A stretch of DNA of 64,000 nucleotides from Octopus sinensis (GCF_006345805.1 NC_042999.1:5456001-5520000), one strand, 5' to 3'; shown: positions 37,591 to 50,269, counted from the stretch's first letter. The notes: a model not told the origin generated them from the letters alone. A program made the numbers and translations.

Positions 37591-38152
37591 AAATGCCCTG
37601 ACGCAGTACCAGGCAGTGGCTCTCATGGCTTCTGATCTTAACTGATTGGAAGTGTTATCATGTACATTGTTTTGTCTTGGTATAAAAGATGGGCTACAGC
37701 AAATATTCTGCTCAATACCACAGATTTGTTTTTCAGTTGTTTGACCTTAACCAGTTGAGCATGTCCCTTAATGGCTGACAATATGTGCATCTCTGATCAC
37801 GAGCAGAAGTAGTGGAGGAGCATCATAGCCATGTGTTGAATCCATGGGATTCTTTGGGGTTTGAATAATTCACCTCTGGAAACATGGGTGGCTCTTTCAA
37901 CATCCTTAAACAACCCTTATTCAGGGGCCTTTTGAGCGGGATGGGCTACTCGACCTGAAGAAAATTCTAACTGGCCCCTACCTGCAAGGTCATGCGCTGT
38001 TTACCTTGATATGAGATCACCATGTCGCGCACATATGGTTGTGATGCATGTGCCTGGTGTACCCTTATCAGACGGGTAGTGATGATGGGTATATTGGGCT
38101 TCGTATATTTTACCCCAGTGTCACTTTGATGGCATGAACTGCTCTCTCACTC

Positions 38153-38216
<64 letters not shown>

Positions 38217-38761
38217 GCCCTGATGCAGTACCAGGCAGTGGCTCTCGTAGCTTCTGATCTTAACTGATTGGAAGTGTTATCATGTACATTGTTTTGTCTT
38301 GGTATAAAAGATGGGCTACAGCAAATATTCTGCTCAATACCTCAGATTTGCTTGTCAGTTGTTTGACCTTAACCAGTTGGGCATGTCCCTTAGTGGCTGA
38401 CGATATGTGCATCTCTGATCATGATCAGAAATAGTGGAGGAGCATCATAGCCATGTGTTGAGAGGGATTCTTTGGGGTTTGAATAAGTCACCTCTGGAAA
38501 CATGGGTGTTTCATTCAACATCCTTAAACAACCCTTATTCAGGGACCTTTTGAGCGGGATGGGTTACTCGACCAGAAGAAAATTCTAACTGGGCCCCACC
38601 TGCAAGGTCATGTGATATTATCTTGATATGAGATCACCATGTCGCATACATATGGTTGTGATGCATGTGCCTGGTGTACCCTTATCAGACGGGTAGTCAT
38701 GATGGGCTTCGTATATTTTACCCCAGTGTCACTTTGATGGCATGAACTGCTCTCCCACTCA
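37591..38761. mobile_element. Two tandem copies (37591-38152, 38213-38761) of a 560-bp non-coding element embedded in (AAT)n
   Basis: Both start AAATGCCCTGA.GCAGTACCAGG and end CTGCTCTC.CACTC-(AAT)n. Confidence 0.75.
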
Positions 38762-38885
38762 ATAATAATAATAACAACAACAATCATAATGCATGTCAAT
38801 CCCCTTACAACACCCTTAATTCTAATTTCCCCGTAAATAGTACTGCATCCTCCCTTTCCACTAAGAACACTCGTAGGACAGATAG

Positions 38886-39300
38886 AGCAACTGCCGATCC
38901 GCGAACGAATGCCCGTTGCAAGTCCACTGTTGAAGATTTCCTGTAGTATACAAATGCACGGTCGACAACGTATTGCATAATTCTACTAACTACTATATCG
39001 GATCTACTATAAATTTCAAACAGAGATACTCTGCACATAAAAACTGATTTAAGTATGAGGAGTATAGCATATCTACTCCCCTAGCCAACTATATGCACCA
39101 TCCTATAAATAGAAAGGTAACATACAAGATATCTTGGGCCATAATAGATTCCGAGGCTCCATATCAAGGCCAGGGATCCCACTTGTGGACTATGTCTAAA
39201 AGAAGCCTTCCAAATATTAATAGATAATTCACTGCAATTACTAAGTAAACAAAACGAAGCATTTTCTACATGTTACCATATGTTCTTCAACACTTTTAAA
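38886..39300 (+). mobile_element. Penelope-like element remnant with GIY-YIG endonuclease
   Basis: NCRSANECPLQVHC*RFPVVYKCTV..YYIGSTINFKQRYSAHK..YKISWAII. Confidence 0.85.
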
Positions 39301-39363
39301 TTGTTCCATAGGTCCAAATGCAAACACGCATAACACATCCATCTACGGTCCTTACTATATATA

Positions 39364-39954
39364 TGTAGTGACGCTATACAGCGGCGCGCGCGTGCACCGT
39401 CCATTTTCTATTTCGCGCGTGTTGGTGCCTTCACCAAGGCAGAGAGAGGAACGGCCCTCTCGCGCATGCACGAAGCCCCGGAAGTAGGACCATTTGCCTC
39501 GGCTAGTTTAGCCGCGAGGCAGGGGAGCGTGAACCTTAAAGGGGTCCGGAGTGATAGCAGCAGCAGGCAGCGACTTGAGACATGGCTATCGAAGGTACAA
39601 CACGTATATTCTCTCTGTCCGAATTTGATAGCAGTCGGCCGAAGATTTTAACCAAATTGTTGCCGACCACATCATCTTCCCTGTTCCGGACGCCATCTTT
39701 GACAAGTGTCGTTTTGCATTTGAACACTTTCTTATTTTACAGCGATAAGGTTCAGCTGAGACACATCAATACCAAAGGGATGCCAGATACACCAATTATC
39801 TGTTACCACATAAGAGAATAAAGTAGTTATATATATTTTACGTTTGCGTCTTGTTTGTTTCTGACGGGTAGAATTCTGGATTATTAAAGCAACGGAAAGT
39901 GATTGCTTCTCGCACCCCCAAAAGGTCCAGAGAAGATATTCACACTAAGTTCGT

Positions 39955-39958
<4 letters not shown>
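39364..39958 (+). mobile_element. Solo LTR candidate (595 bp)
   Basis: TGTAG...TTACA termini; TATA flanks as a possible 4-bp TSD; AATAAA near 39814; CpG-rich 5' part. Confidence 0.65.
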
Positions 39959-40032
<74 letters not shown>

Positions 40033-40141
40033 GAGCTTCAGTGGTCTGGAGTGCAGGCTTCAAACCTGTAGCTGACTGACGTCAGAGTGGTTCAATTCCA
40101 CCTTTCGGGCGAAGGACCCCTCCCCCAGGGTCCTATTTTAG

Positions 40142-40542
40142 AGGCGCAGGAGTGGTTGTGTGGTAAGTAGCTTGCTAACCAACCACATGGTTCTGGGTTC
40201 AGTTCCACTGCGTGGCATCTTGGGCATGTGTCTTCTGCTATAGCCCCGGGCCGACCAATGCCTTGTGAGTGGATTTGGTAGACGGAAACTGAAAGAAGCC
40301 TGTCGTATATATATATATATGTGCGTGTGTGTTTGTGTGTCTGTGTTTGTCCCCCTAGCTTTGCTTGACAACCGATGCTGGTGTGTTTACGTCCCCGTCA
40401 CTTAGCGGTTCGGCAAAAGAGACCGATAGAATAAGTACTGGGCTTACAAAGAATAAGTCCCGGGGTCGATTTGGTCGACTAAAGGCGGTGCTCCAGCATG
40501 GCCGCAGTCAAATGACTGAAACAAGTAAAAGAGTAAAAGAGT
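40142..40542 (+). mobile_element. SINE family 1, full length
   Basis: As other copies. Confidence 0.92.
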
Positions 40543-40655
40543 ATATATATATATATAACGGGAAGCTTTATGAAAATAAACAAAAGAAGAAGGCAGGTGG
40601 AATACAAACAAATAATTGTATTAGTATGGCGCTCAGGAATAGAAATAAAACAAGT

Positions 40656-40691
40656 CTTTTACGTTTCGAGCCTACGCTCTTCAACAGAAAG
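40656..40691 (-). ncRNA. Minimal hammerhead variant (CUGUUGA core), family C
   Basis: CUUU CUGUUGA A GAGC-GUAG-GCUC GAA ACGU A AAAG. Confidence 0.6.
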
Positions 40692-41013
40692 ATACACAGA
40701 AAAGAAACACGGAGAGAAACAAGGAGAGAAAAAAAATGCGTGCAGAAGCTAGCGAATCAACATGGCGATCTATATATATATATATATATATATAGTGTGT
40801 ATGTGTATGTGTGTGCGTGTGTGTGTGCGTGTGTGCGTGCGTGTGTGTGTGTGTCTGCGTGCGTGCGTGTGTGTGTAATTTAGGACAAACAGTAAGTTGT
40901 CATTTACCTAACATCGAGGTCTCATTCTTTTATTGTCACTTATTATCATCATCATTATTATTATTATTTTTTTTTTTTTTTAAGGATTGACGTAACTCTT
41001 CACAAAGGTAAAC

Positions 41014-41201
41014 AGTCAAGACGAAGAGCGCGATTCAATTGTAAGAGATCTTACTGGACGATATTTCAACAGTATGTCTGTCCTTGTCAAGTTCCTGAAT
41101 TTTCATCACTTCTTATTTTGAACTTGACAAGGACAGACATACTGTTGAAATATCGTCCAGTAAGATCTCTTGAAATCGAATCGCGCTCTTCGTCTTGACT
41201 G
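41014..41201. ncRNA. Inverted pair of hammerhead variants with U3-A8 core (41056-41094 on -, 41120-41158 on +)
   Basis: GAAC UUGACAA G GACAG-ACAUA-CUGUU GAA AUAU C GUCC; arms about 81 bp. Confidence 0.55.
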
Positions 41202-42003
41202 ATTTCTCATGCTAATCAACACGAGCTTCTCGGAACGGAACTCGTCGTTTACTGTCTTTGCACGCCCTCTGTGAACTTCAAAAATGATTTATTACGTTGT
41301 GGCTTTCATCTGGGTCAGAGAAGTAATAATTGATTCACAACATTTGTTTATTACGAATCCCGGTTTAATGCACCATACAGTTCTTTCTCGGTTTCAAACC
41401 AGGAAATATTAACCACAACAGAAATAATTAGAGTTAAATAGGTTCCCTTAATTAAGCAGTAAAGTGTTCCCTTAATTAAGCAGTAAAGTGTTCCTGTTAT
41501 TGGTTATTCTCGTAGTATTTGCGTAATAGACCTCATGATAAAGAAACTAGAAACGCGGACTTCCTTTGCAAATCTCATCTTACTGCTATTGTCGTCACAA
41601 AAGCCATTAAACGGTTAATGGTCGTTCAACGGATAATGCTTTGATCTACAAGATAAATTCCAACCGCTTTTATTTCAACTTTATTTTGACTTATCTCTAT
41701 ACTTGTTATTAAGGACTGTCTTAAAAACCCGCAGGAGATATCAATAAAAATCCATAAGTATTAAGTTTATTTATATATTGTGACAATATTTCCAAATAAA
41801 CTCCTCTCAAAACTTCCATTTGGTCGATGATGCTTTGCTGGACTTATTTTAAGCGTACAGGATCTCACTTTGGAGTTGTGCAGTGTTTCCATTTATATCA
41901 ATCGAAATCTTACGGATCTCCTTTTGATTTCGAGATCCTACGCTAACCAAGATCTGGCATGACGCGCTAATGAGGTAATAGCCAGGATTATAATTATCCC
42001 CCC

Positions 42004-42063
<60 letters not shown>

Positions 42064-42344
42064 ATATATTTAAATAATGAGGGAGATAAATTAATATTAA
42101 TTTTAATATCAATTTAAAACCAGTAGTCTAGCATACAAAAAATCTGAGAAGTCAGAGAAAATTCTAATATATGTGTATATTGGCAGGGCAAGACTGCCAG
42201 GTAGTCGGCCGTATGCTAGAAATAGATCATCAACGATCAAACTACAAAGAAAGTTCTCTAGAGGGAAAATTCAGCGAACACCAGAACCAAATTTGGCGGG
42301 CAGGACAGATGAAAATTTATATAAAAAAAAACAGATATATATAT

Positions 42345-42393
<49 letters not shown>

Positions 42394-42499
42394 CGCGGGA
42401 GTGGCTGTGTGGTAAGTAGCTTGCTTACCAACCACATGGTTGTGGGTTCAGCCTTCTACTATAGCCTCGGGCCGACCAAAGCTTTGTGAGTGGATTTGA

Positions 42500-43440
42500 A
42501 ATAATTGCTAAACATCCGACATCTATGAAAATATGGAGAACTTTCTGATGGTGTGTTTGACGGAGAAGCACTTTGTAGGAGACACCGTGACGGAGGCTAT
42601 AATCTGCAAGTGGGCATGAGCTATTTACGCAGATCCCAGGCACTTGTACGGACGAGGCATCGGGCGAGACATTTAAAGCCAGTCGGGGCTGGTTCGAGAA
42701 TTTTAAAAAGAGGACCGGCATTCACTCCCTTATTTGGCATGGTGAGACAGCGAGCGCCGACATGAAGGCAGCTGAGGATTACCTCAAAATTTTGCTGGAA
42801 TTTAAGCAGCTGAAGGATATATTCCCCAGCAAGTCTTCAACTGTGATGAGACAGGACGTTTTTGGAAGATACCAAGAGGGATTTATATAACGGCAGAGAA
42901 GAGGATGCCAGGCCACAAATCCATGAAGGATAGGCTAACCCTCGCGCTGTGCGCCAATGCTAGCGGCGACTGCAAGATGAAGCCGCTGCTCGTTTATCAT
43001 TCGGAAAACTCCAGAACCTTTAAATCACATAAGATTCTGAAAGAAAAACTGCAGGTTATGTGGAGAGCAAACCCGAGGGCGTGGGTCACCAGGCAGTTCT
43101 TTGTGTAAAGGGTGAATTTGGTCTTTGATCCTAATGTTAAGAAATATCTCCGGGAAAAGAACCTACCTCTGCAAGCACTTCTCGTCCTAGTCAATGCATC
43201 TGCTCACCCACCTCACCTCGAAGATGACATCCTCGAAGAGTTCAAGTTTATAAAGGTTCTCTACCTTCCGCCCAACACCACCCCTATCCTGCGGCCCATG
43301 GACCAGCAGGTGATTTCTAATTCCAAGAAGCCCTTCACCAAGTACCTGTTCCGCCACTGCTTTGAGGTGACGGAGAGTACAAACCTCACCCTTCAGAGTT
43401 CAGGAAGGACCACTAATATCGTGATCTGCCTCACAATATG
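42500..43440 (+). mobile_element. pogo/Tigger (TIGD1-like) transposase fragment
   Basis: FKASRGWFENFKKRTGIH, VFNCDETG, MPGHKSMKDRLTLALCANASGD.K.KPLLVY, LPPNTTPILRPMDQQVI. Confidence 0.92.
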
Positions 43441-45010
43441 AGAAGTGATGTCAACTAAAAATGACAACTTTGATAACCATGAAGGATCTGACAGCTGTGG
43501 ATTAGCTCTATTCTTTTTGGCGAGAAAAAGATCTATTTCTCTTCGGAGCTTATAAAAACGAAACAGGACTTTACCGCAACTGAGCCATCTCACTTCTGTG
43601 TAGTAAGGCAAGTCACAGAAATTAGAAACCTGGAACTGTCGGTGATTAAGCCCATGATTCCAAATAAAGTTCACCACAGTTGTAACCGGTTTTAGTACGC
43701 AAGAAATATCTAAGTGTTTTCCACAGAGTGCTTGCTGATGTAAAATGCAGTGTATAAACAGAGCTTTCGGAAGTTGAAGCTCCTCCAACTTGGTCTGGAT
43801 CCGCCTCACCAAACCCTTCCTCACTCCTGCCATGTTTTTTTCCTCCATCGACTGTAACACACCGAAGCTGATTCCACTGAAGGTTGTAGTTTTGCAAGGT
43901 TTTCTGCACCTCTATGAAAATATCTTCTCCAATTGGCGTAGGAGTGGCTGTGTGGTAAGTAGCTTCTTTACCAACCACATGGTTCCGGGTTCAATCCAAC
44001 TGCGTGACACTTTGGGCAAGTGTCTTCTACTATAGCCTCGGGTCAACCAAAGCCTTGTGAGTGGATTTGGTAGACGGAAACTGAAAGAAGCCCGTCGTAT
44101 ATATGTATATATATGTGTGTGTGTATATGTTTGTGTGTCTGTGTTTGTCCCCTCAACAACACTTGACAACCGATGCTGGTGTGTTTATGTCGCTGTAACT
44201 TAGCGGTTCAGCAAAAGACCCCGATATAATAAGTCCTGGCTTACAAAGAATAAGTCCTGGGGTCGATTTGCTCGACTAAAGGCGGTGCTCTAGCATGGCC
44301 ACAGTCAAATGACTGAAACAAGTAAAAGAGTTGTTCCATGTATGATGCAAACGGATGCCATTCCTTCTATAATCTCAAAGTTGCAATTAATACCACGAAT
44401 GAACGCAAGAAGTTGTGACGTATTAGAGAGATCAGCAGACTCATCTACTGCAAGAGAATACCACAAAAATTTCTTAGCTTTCTCATGTATCTGTAACTGC
44501 ATATTCTCTCCAAGTTCTTCTATTCTCTGCACAACTGAACTTGCCGAAAGGCTGATACGGCCAAACATGTTAGCTTTTTCAGGACACAAGTCATTTGCTC
44601 CTTCCGTCATGCACTTTTTTAGAAATTTTCCGTCAGTAAATGGTTACCCTCACTCTGCCAACTTATTCACTACTTTGCAACTTACACGAGTGATAGATTC
44701 ATTTGCAACAAACTTTTTCGTAAAGAAATTCCTTTGAAATTCCAAATTACGTTTCATAGATTCAAATTTCTCGGACCGCCTCGGACCGCAACTTTCCAGA
44801 ATATTTAGAATGTGTTGAGAGATGTCTCACTCCATAGTGGCGACGAATATTGTACTCTTTCGTAACAGCAACACTGTCGTTGCTTATCAAGAAACTAGCT
44901 TTCTGGTCGTTTGTTTCCACAAAGAAGTACTTTTCTCCCCATTCTTTATTGAAAATGCGACATTCATCATCAACCTTTCTCTTCTTAGTAGCCACAACGA
45001 TGGGTGAAGA
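43441..45010 (-). mobile_element. hAT (SPIN/Charlie, GTF2IRD2-like) transposase remnant interrupted by a SINE at 43935-44330
   Basis: KKRKVDDECRIFNKEW, YSLAVDES.DLSNTSQL, HGTT|GEDIF, VTVDGGKNMAG, HCILHQQAL, EVRWLSCGKVL.RF. Confidence 0.92.
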
Positions 45011-45076
45011 AAAAACAACAGCAGTCTTAGGCCTCGGCGTCCGATATTCTCGTTTTAATTGTAATCGCTAATGAAG

Positions 45077-45309
45077 GCGGCAAGCTGGCAGAAACGTTAG
45101 CACGCCGGGCGAAATGCTTAGCAGTATTTCGTCTGCTGCTACGTTCTGAGTTCAAATTCCGCCGAGGTCGACTTTGCCTTTCATCCTTTCGGGATCGATT
45201 AAATAAGTACCAGTTACGCACTGGAGTCGATATAATCGACTTAATCCGTTTGTCTGTCCTTGTTTCTCCCCTCTATGTTTAGCCCCTTGTGGGCAATAAA
45301 TAAAGAAAT
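45077..45309 (+). mobile_element. SINE family 2, full-length monomer
   Basis: Head GGCGGCAAGCTGGCAGAAACGTTAGCACG through tail GCCCCTTGTGGGCAATAAA. Confidence 0.9.
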
Positions 45310-45757
45310 TGTAATCACTTGTTAAGGAACTGTCTGGAACAGGTTGGGTCTTTTGCACTGTTTGGGTGCAACACAATTTCCTTCTTTGTTTCCAAAAACT
45401 ACCGGAGTCAGGAACAAGAAAGCAACCTTAAAAAATATGACACTTTGTTTCGTTATTTACATAAAGAAGGCACGTTGGTAAATTGGTAACCACTTGGTGT
45501 AGGTACAGCAAGACTGAAGTTAAACATTTGTAAAGATGAACCTCACAACAACTCCAGCAGCAACAGAGCCGGTCAAATCCCAAGCGTCTGGGACAGGAGA
45601 ATAGGCTGATAACACGTTAAACACGTCTTCTCTCTTCAACGAACGCCATAGAATTTTCTCTTCCCAGTTTTTAGCGCATGTGTATTAGGGAACTTCCGCA
45701 GGCCTTTCCAGAAGGTTCCAGCCCCGCACACGCACACTGAAGAATGACGTCACTACA
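45310..45757 (-). mobile_element. Solo LTR candidate (448 bp)
   Basis: On the - strand it starts TGTAGTGACG (same 10-mer as the 39364 LTR) and ends GATTACA; no TSD visible. Confidence 0.45.
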
Positions 45758-45771
45758 CACTAATAACTGAC

Positions 45772-46030
45772 CGTGGAGGCGCGTGGCTTTGTGGTTAGGG
45801 TGTCAGCATCATGATTGTAAGATTGTGGTTTCGATTCCTAGACCGGGCGACGCGTTGTATTCTTGAGCAAAACACTTCATTTCACGCTACTCCAGTCCAC
45901 TCAGCTGGCAAAAATGAGTAACGCTGCGATGGACTGGCGTCCCATCCAGCTGGGGAACACATATGCCATGGAAACCGGGAAACCGGGCCCATGAGCCTGG
46001 CTAGGTTTTTAAAGGGCGCATTTATTTATT
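45772..46030 (+). mobile_element. tRNA-type SINE (head Z plus V-domain-like tail)
   Basis: TGCGATGGACTGGCGTCCCATCCAG in the 3' half. Confidence 0.8.
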
Positions 46031-46543
46031 CATTATTTTTTAATAACTGATTAACCCGAGGCACACGTGATGTACTGTAGTAACTATTATGGCGCGTGAG
46101 ATACATAGCATGTGAAGTGACTGACTCAGTATACATACGACATACGTAATCTAAGAAGTGTAAGAAGCCGTATAAAAGCATGTTTATTTGTTTTTCAGCA
46201 TATGATGGCGAGCTGGACAAATTAATGTTGTGGGCCGTAGTTTGGTGACCCATGGTTTACAGTAATCAAATGTCCGCGCCACACATTAAGCTCACTCTCT
46301 CTCCATCAAATCAACTTTACCTGAACAGGTGCATTGTGGGCCACGCGTCAGGTGTCGAAGTGATCGTAGAACAATCTGAGATGAAGTGTTTTGCTCAAGA
46401 ACACAACGCACCACCCGGTCTGGGAATTGAAACCGCGATCTTGCGATCATGAGTACAACAAGATCGAAATCAGAATCCTTTAGTTACGAAAGGAACGTTT
46501 TAAGCACACAACTCTGCAGCTTCAATTCAATGAACTTCTATGT

Positions 46544-46835
46544 GGAGGCACATGGTCTAGTGGTTAGAGCAGCGGACTCGCGGTCGAGGGATCGCGGGTT
46601 CGAATCTCCGACCGGATGATGTGTTTATGAGCGAAACACCTAAGCTCCACGCAGCTCCGGCAGAAGGTAATGGCAAACTTCTGCTAACTCTTTCGCCACA
46701 ACTTTCTCTCACTCTTTCCTCCTGCATCTTGCAGCTCACCTGTAACAGACCGGCGTCCCGTCCAGGTGGGGAACCTATACGCCAAGGAAACTGGGAAACC
46801 GGCCCTTCTGAGCCAGGCGTGGCTCGAGAAGGAAC
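46544..46835 (+). mobile_element. tRNA-type SINE (head X plus V-domain-like tail)
   Basis: Head matches 35958; tail matches 45925-46010. Confidence 0.8.
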
Positions 46836-48117
46836 ACTGAACTTCTATGAATTGCGGTTTTGTTTTCTCCTATTCTTATAGTTTAGTCATTAGATAAAGA
46901 TCTACAACCGGATGTATTCTGTATGAGGAAATTGCAAAAATATATTTTTAGTTTTTCTATCGTGCTGTCAATCACGTAAAAACTACGACAGCAACCAATA
47001 GTTGAAATATTTTACTGCTTAATTAAATTAACCTATTTAACTCTAATTATTTCTGTTGTGGGTAACAGTCCTTGAAACCGGGAATGAACTGTATGTTGTA
47101 TCAAACCGTGTTTCGTTATAAACAATGTTGGGAATCAATCGTTTCTTGTGTGACCCAGACGAAAGCCACAACGTGTCAAGTTTCTTTGCGGTTCACAGAA
47201 GAGCGCCAACACATTAAAAGATCAGTTCCGTTTCGAGCAGCACGTGATTAGCATAAGAAATCAAGATAACCATCCTTTCTGATACCATTTGCTCGGGGGG
47301 AAAAGCACGTGCTTAGCAGCTCCACCACTTGGCTTTTAGAGACCCCCCCCCCTGCAAGTTTTTGTTTCGAGGCCCCATCCCTTCAATCAAAGTTCATAAT
47401 CTATGCACCTTTTATTCATAGCTATATTTTACTTTATTCTATCGTTGAATACTTCACGTTATTCTAAAGAACATCTTTAAAAATACAACAAGTTAAATCT
47501 ATTTGTGTCTATTACAAATTTCATTAAGTAAAGCTTCCAGATATGAATAAAAGACCACTTTTATAATCCAGGCAAGTTTCAAAGACAAACATGGTGCACT
47601 TTTCGCTTCACGAAATCATTGATCAGTTCAGAATAATCAGGCTGAGAGCTTGATTCAATAGATATCACAGACAATTCACAAAATCTGGTACACGTTCGTG
47701 GTACAATGTAATATTTTTACAAGAACTTTTGCAGGTACAATGTATTATTACCATTTTATTTCTTGAAATTTTCAGTAAACATAATTTAATTCTTGTTCGA
47801 CGTCTAAATCAAAATAAATAGATGACTCATCTACGTACTTTGATCCTAACTTGGGGCCCCTTAACCGCGAAGGGCCCCCTGCGACCACAAGGATTGCAGG
47901 GGCTTAGCGACGGCCCTGGTGCTTAGGACATCAAGAGAAGGCGGGGACAGAAATAGTAAATGGTTTACGGCACTAAATTAATCACTTTAAACTTGCTGAA
48001 ATAATATTCAAAATGGTTTATATGATCGGAAATATAATTTTGAAGTGTTCATGGTGTCAAAGTGAGGATCTGATCAAAGACTTAGCAATTAAAAAAAAAA
48101 AACAAGTAGAAAACTTC

Positions 48118-49024
48118 TCACTTGTTTCAGTTATTAGACTGCGGCCATGCTGGGGCACAGCCTCGAAGAATTTTGGTCGAACGAATCAAACCCTGTACTT
48201 ACTTGTTTCTTTTGTAAGCCCGGTACATACTTTATCGATCTCTTTTGTCGAAACGCTATATTATGGGGGCGTAAATACACCAATACCGGTTGTGAAGCGG
48301 TGGTGAGGGACAAACACAGACAAACATACAAACATATGCATGTATGTATATGTGTATGTATGTATGTATGTATGTCATTGTTCAGTTATATTTCAAGAGT
48401 TCTTGCCAATAGAGAAAGAGCTGGTTTCTAACCTAGATCCAAGGCTCTTTCATTGGAATTTCAACATCAATAACAAGGTATTTTTGTATGTATGTATGTA
48501 TGTATGTATGTATGTATGTATGTATGTATGTATGTATGTATGAATGTATATGTGCAGATTTGTATGTTTTATGTATGTATTCTCCTGCAAATAATTGCAT
48601 ATCTAGACATGTTCATACATATTTAAATGATAAACTTCTGGAAAGTTTCACAGATTTTTACAGTTCCAGTGATGGATTGGATTTGTAGTTTCCGAATAAA
48701 CTTTCTCCTTTCTGGTATGGAGAAGCCTAATTTCTCAAGATTGGTATTTAGGCAGTGTGTTACATATTTCATGACCCAATAATTACAGGTATAAACCTGA
48801 ACCTGTAATCATGTCTAACTGTCTCTCTGTATGTATGTATGTATGTATGTATGTATGTATACAATGGGCTTCTTTCAGTTTCTGTCAACCAAATCCACTC
48901 ACAAGGCTTTGGTCAGCTCGAGGCTATAGTAGAAGACACTTACCCAAGTTGCCACACAGTGGGACTGAACCTGGAACCATGTGGTTGGGAAGCAATCTTC
49001 TTACCACACAGCCACGCCTACGCC
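48118..49024 (-). mobile_element. SINE family 1 split by an R4/Dong-like 3' fragment (48372-48812)
   Basis: 3' half 48118-48335 and 5' half 48862-49024 flank the insert. Confidence 0.8.
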
Positions 49025-49330
49025 TACACATACAATTACACATTCATATACATGCACACGCACAATTACACACACAGACACACAGACATATGCCAACAAA
49101 AGAGAGACTGTTCGAATTTTTATTTCCCTCGAAAATGTCCTTGAAAGAAAAATTTGAGAAACTGACTTCCCGGCGAAAACAATTCTATATTATATAAAAT
49201 GATATGTTCTCTTTAATCGAGCAAGTATTCATTTCCTGTTTAGTTAAGTAGAAGTAATTTAATCGTGTTTAGATACAAACAGCTATTCTATATTGGGGAA
49301 AAATGTATATATATTTACTATATATATACA

Positions 49331-49710
49331 CTGTAATCCCTCGACTATCGCGGACGTCACGTCTCAAAACCTCCCACAGAAATATCGGCGGCTGCGGCGT
49401 TTTATCGTTTATTTTGGTTTCTTGACAACGTCTTCCCCTCTGTCCGTGTTTATGCCTTTGATGACAAATAAGGCCGATTCTTGCATGGAAGCGGCTGTTG
49501 GGATCCGTGGCGGAGGCTTTGCTTGTGGCAGCGTCCATTTTCTCCACAGAAATAATTATAATCTAAAAATATATATAAATGCCTATCGGCTGCAGAAACC
49601 GGCGATATATTGAGGATATATTCTGCGATAGAATTTTACATATACAAGCGAGAAAAATCCGCGATGCTCTGACTGCGAGATAGGTGGACTGCGATATGGC
49701 GAGGGATTAC

Positions 49711-49712
<2 letters not shown>
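49331..49712. mobile_element. pogo/Tigger-like MITE
   Basis: TIR CTGTAATCCCTCG / CGAGGGATTACTG. Confidence 0.75.
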
Positions 49713-49742
<30 letters not shown>

Positions 49743-49746
49743 TATA

Positions 49747-49776
<30 letters not shown>

Positions 49777-49777
<1 letters not shown>

Positions 49778-50190
49778 TTCTTGTTTCAGTCATTTGACTG
49801 CGGCCATGCTGGAGCACCGCCTTCAGTCGAGCAAATCGACCCCGAGACTTATTCTTTGTAAGCCCAGTACTTATTCTATCGGTCTCTTTTTGCCGAACCG
49901 CTAAGTGACGGGGACGTAAACACACCAGCATCGGTTGTCAAGCAATGCTAGGGGGACAAACACAGACACACAAACATATACACAGACACACAAACATATA
50001 CACATACACACATATATATATATACATATATACAACAGGCTTCTTTCAGTTTCCGTCTACCAAATCCACTCACAAGGCATTGGTCGGCCCGGGCTATAGC
50101 AGAAGACACATGCCCAAGATGCCACGCAGTGGGACTGAACCCGCAACCATGTGGTTGGTTAGCAAGCTACTTACCACACAGCCACTCCTG
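49777..50190 (-). mobile_element. SINE family 1
   Basis: As other copies. Confidence 0.9.
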
Positions 50191-50219
50191 TGGTATATAT
50201 ATATATATATATATATCTA

Positions 50220-50269
<50 letters not shown>

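Noticed and set aside
43393-44995. Domesticated GTF2IRD2/ZBED-like host gene
   Set aside because: It has multiple frameshifts, an internal deletion and a SINE insertion, consistent with a dead hAT transposon.
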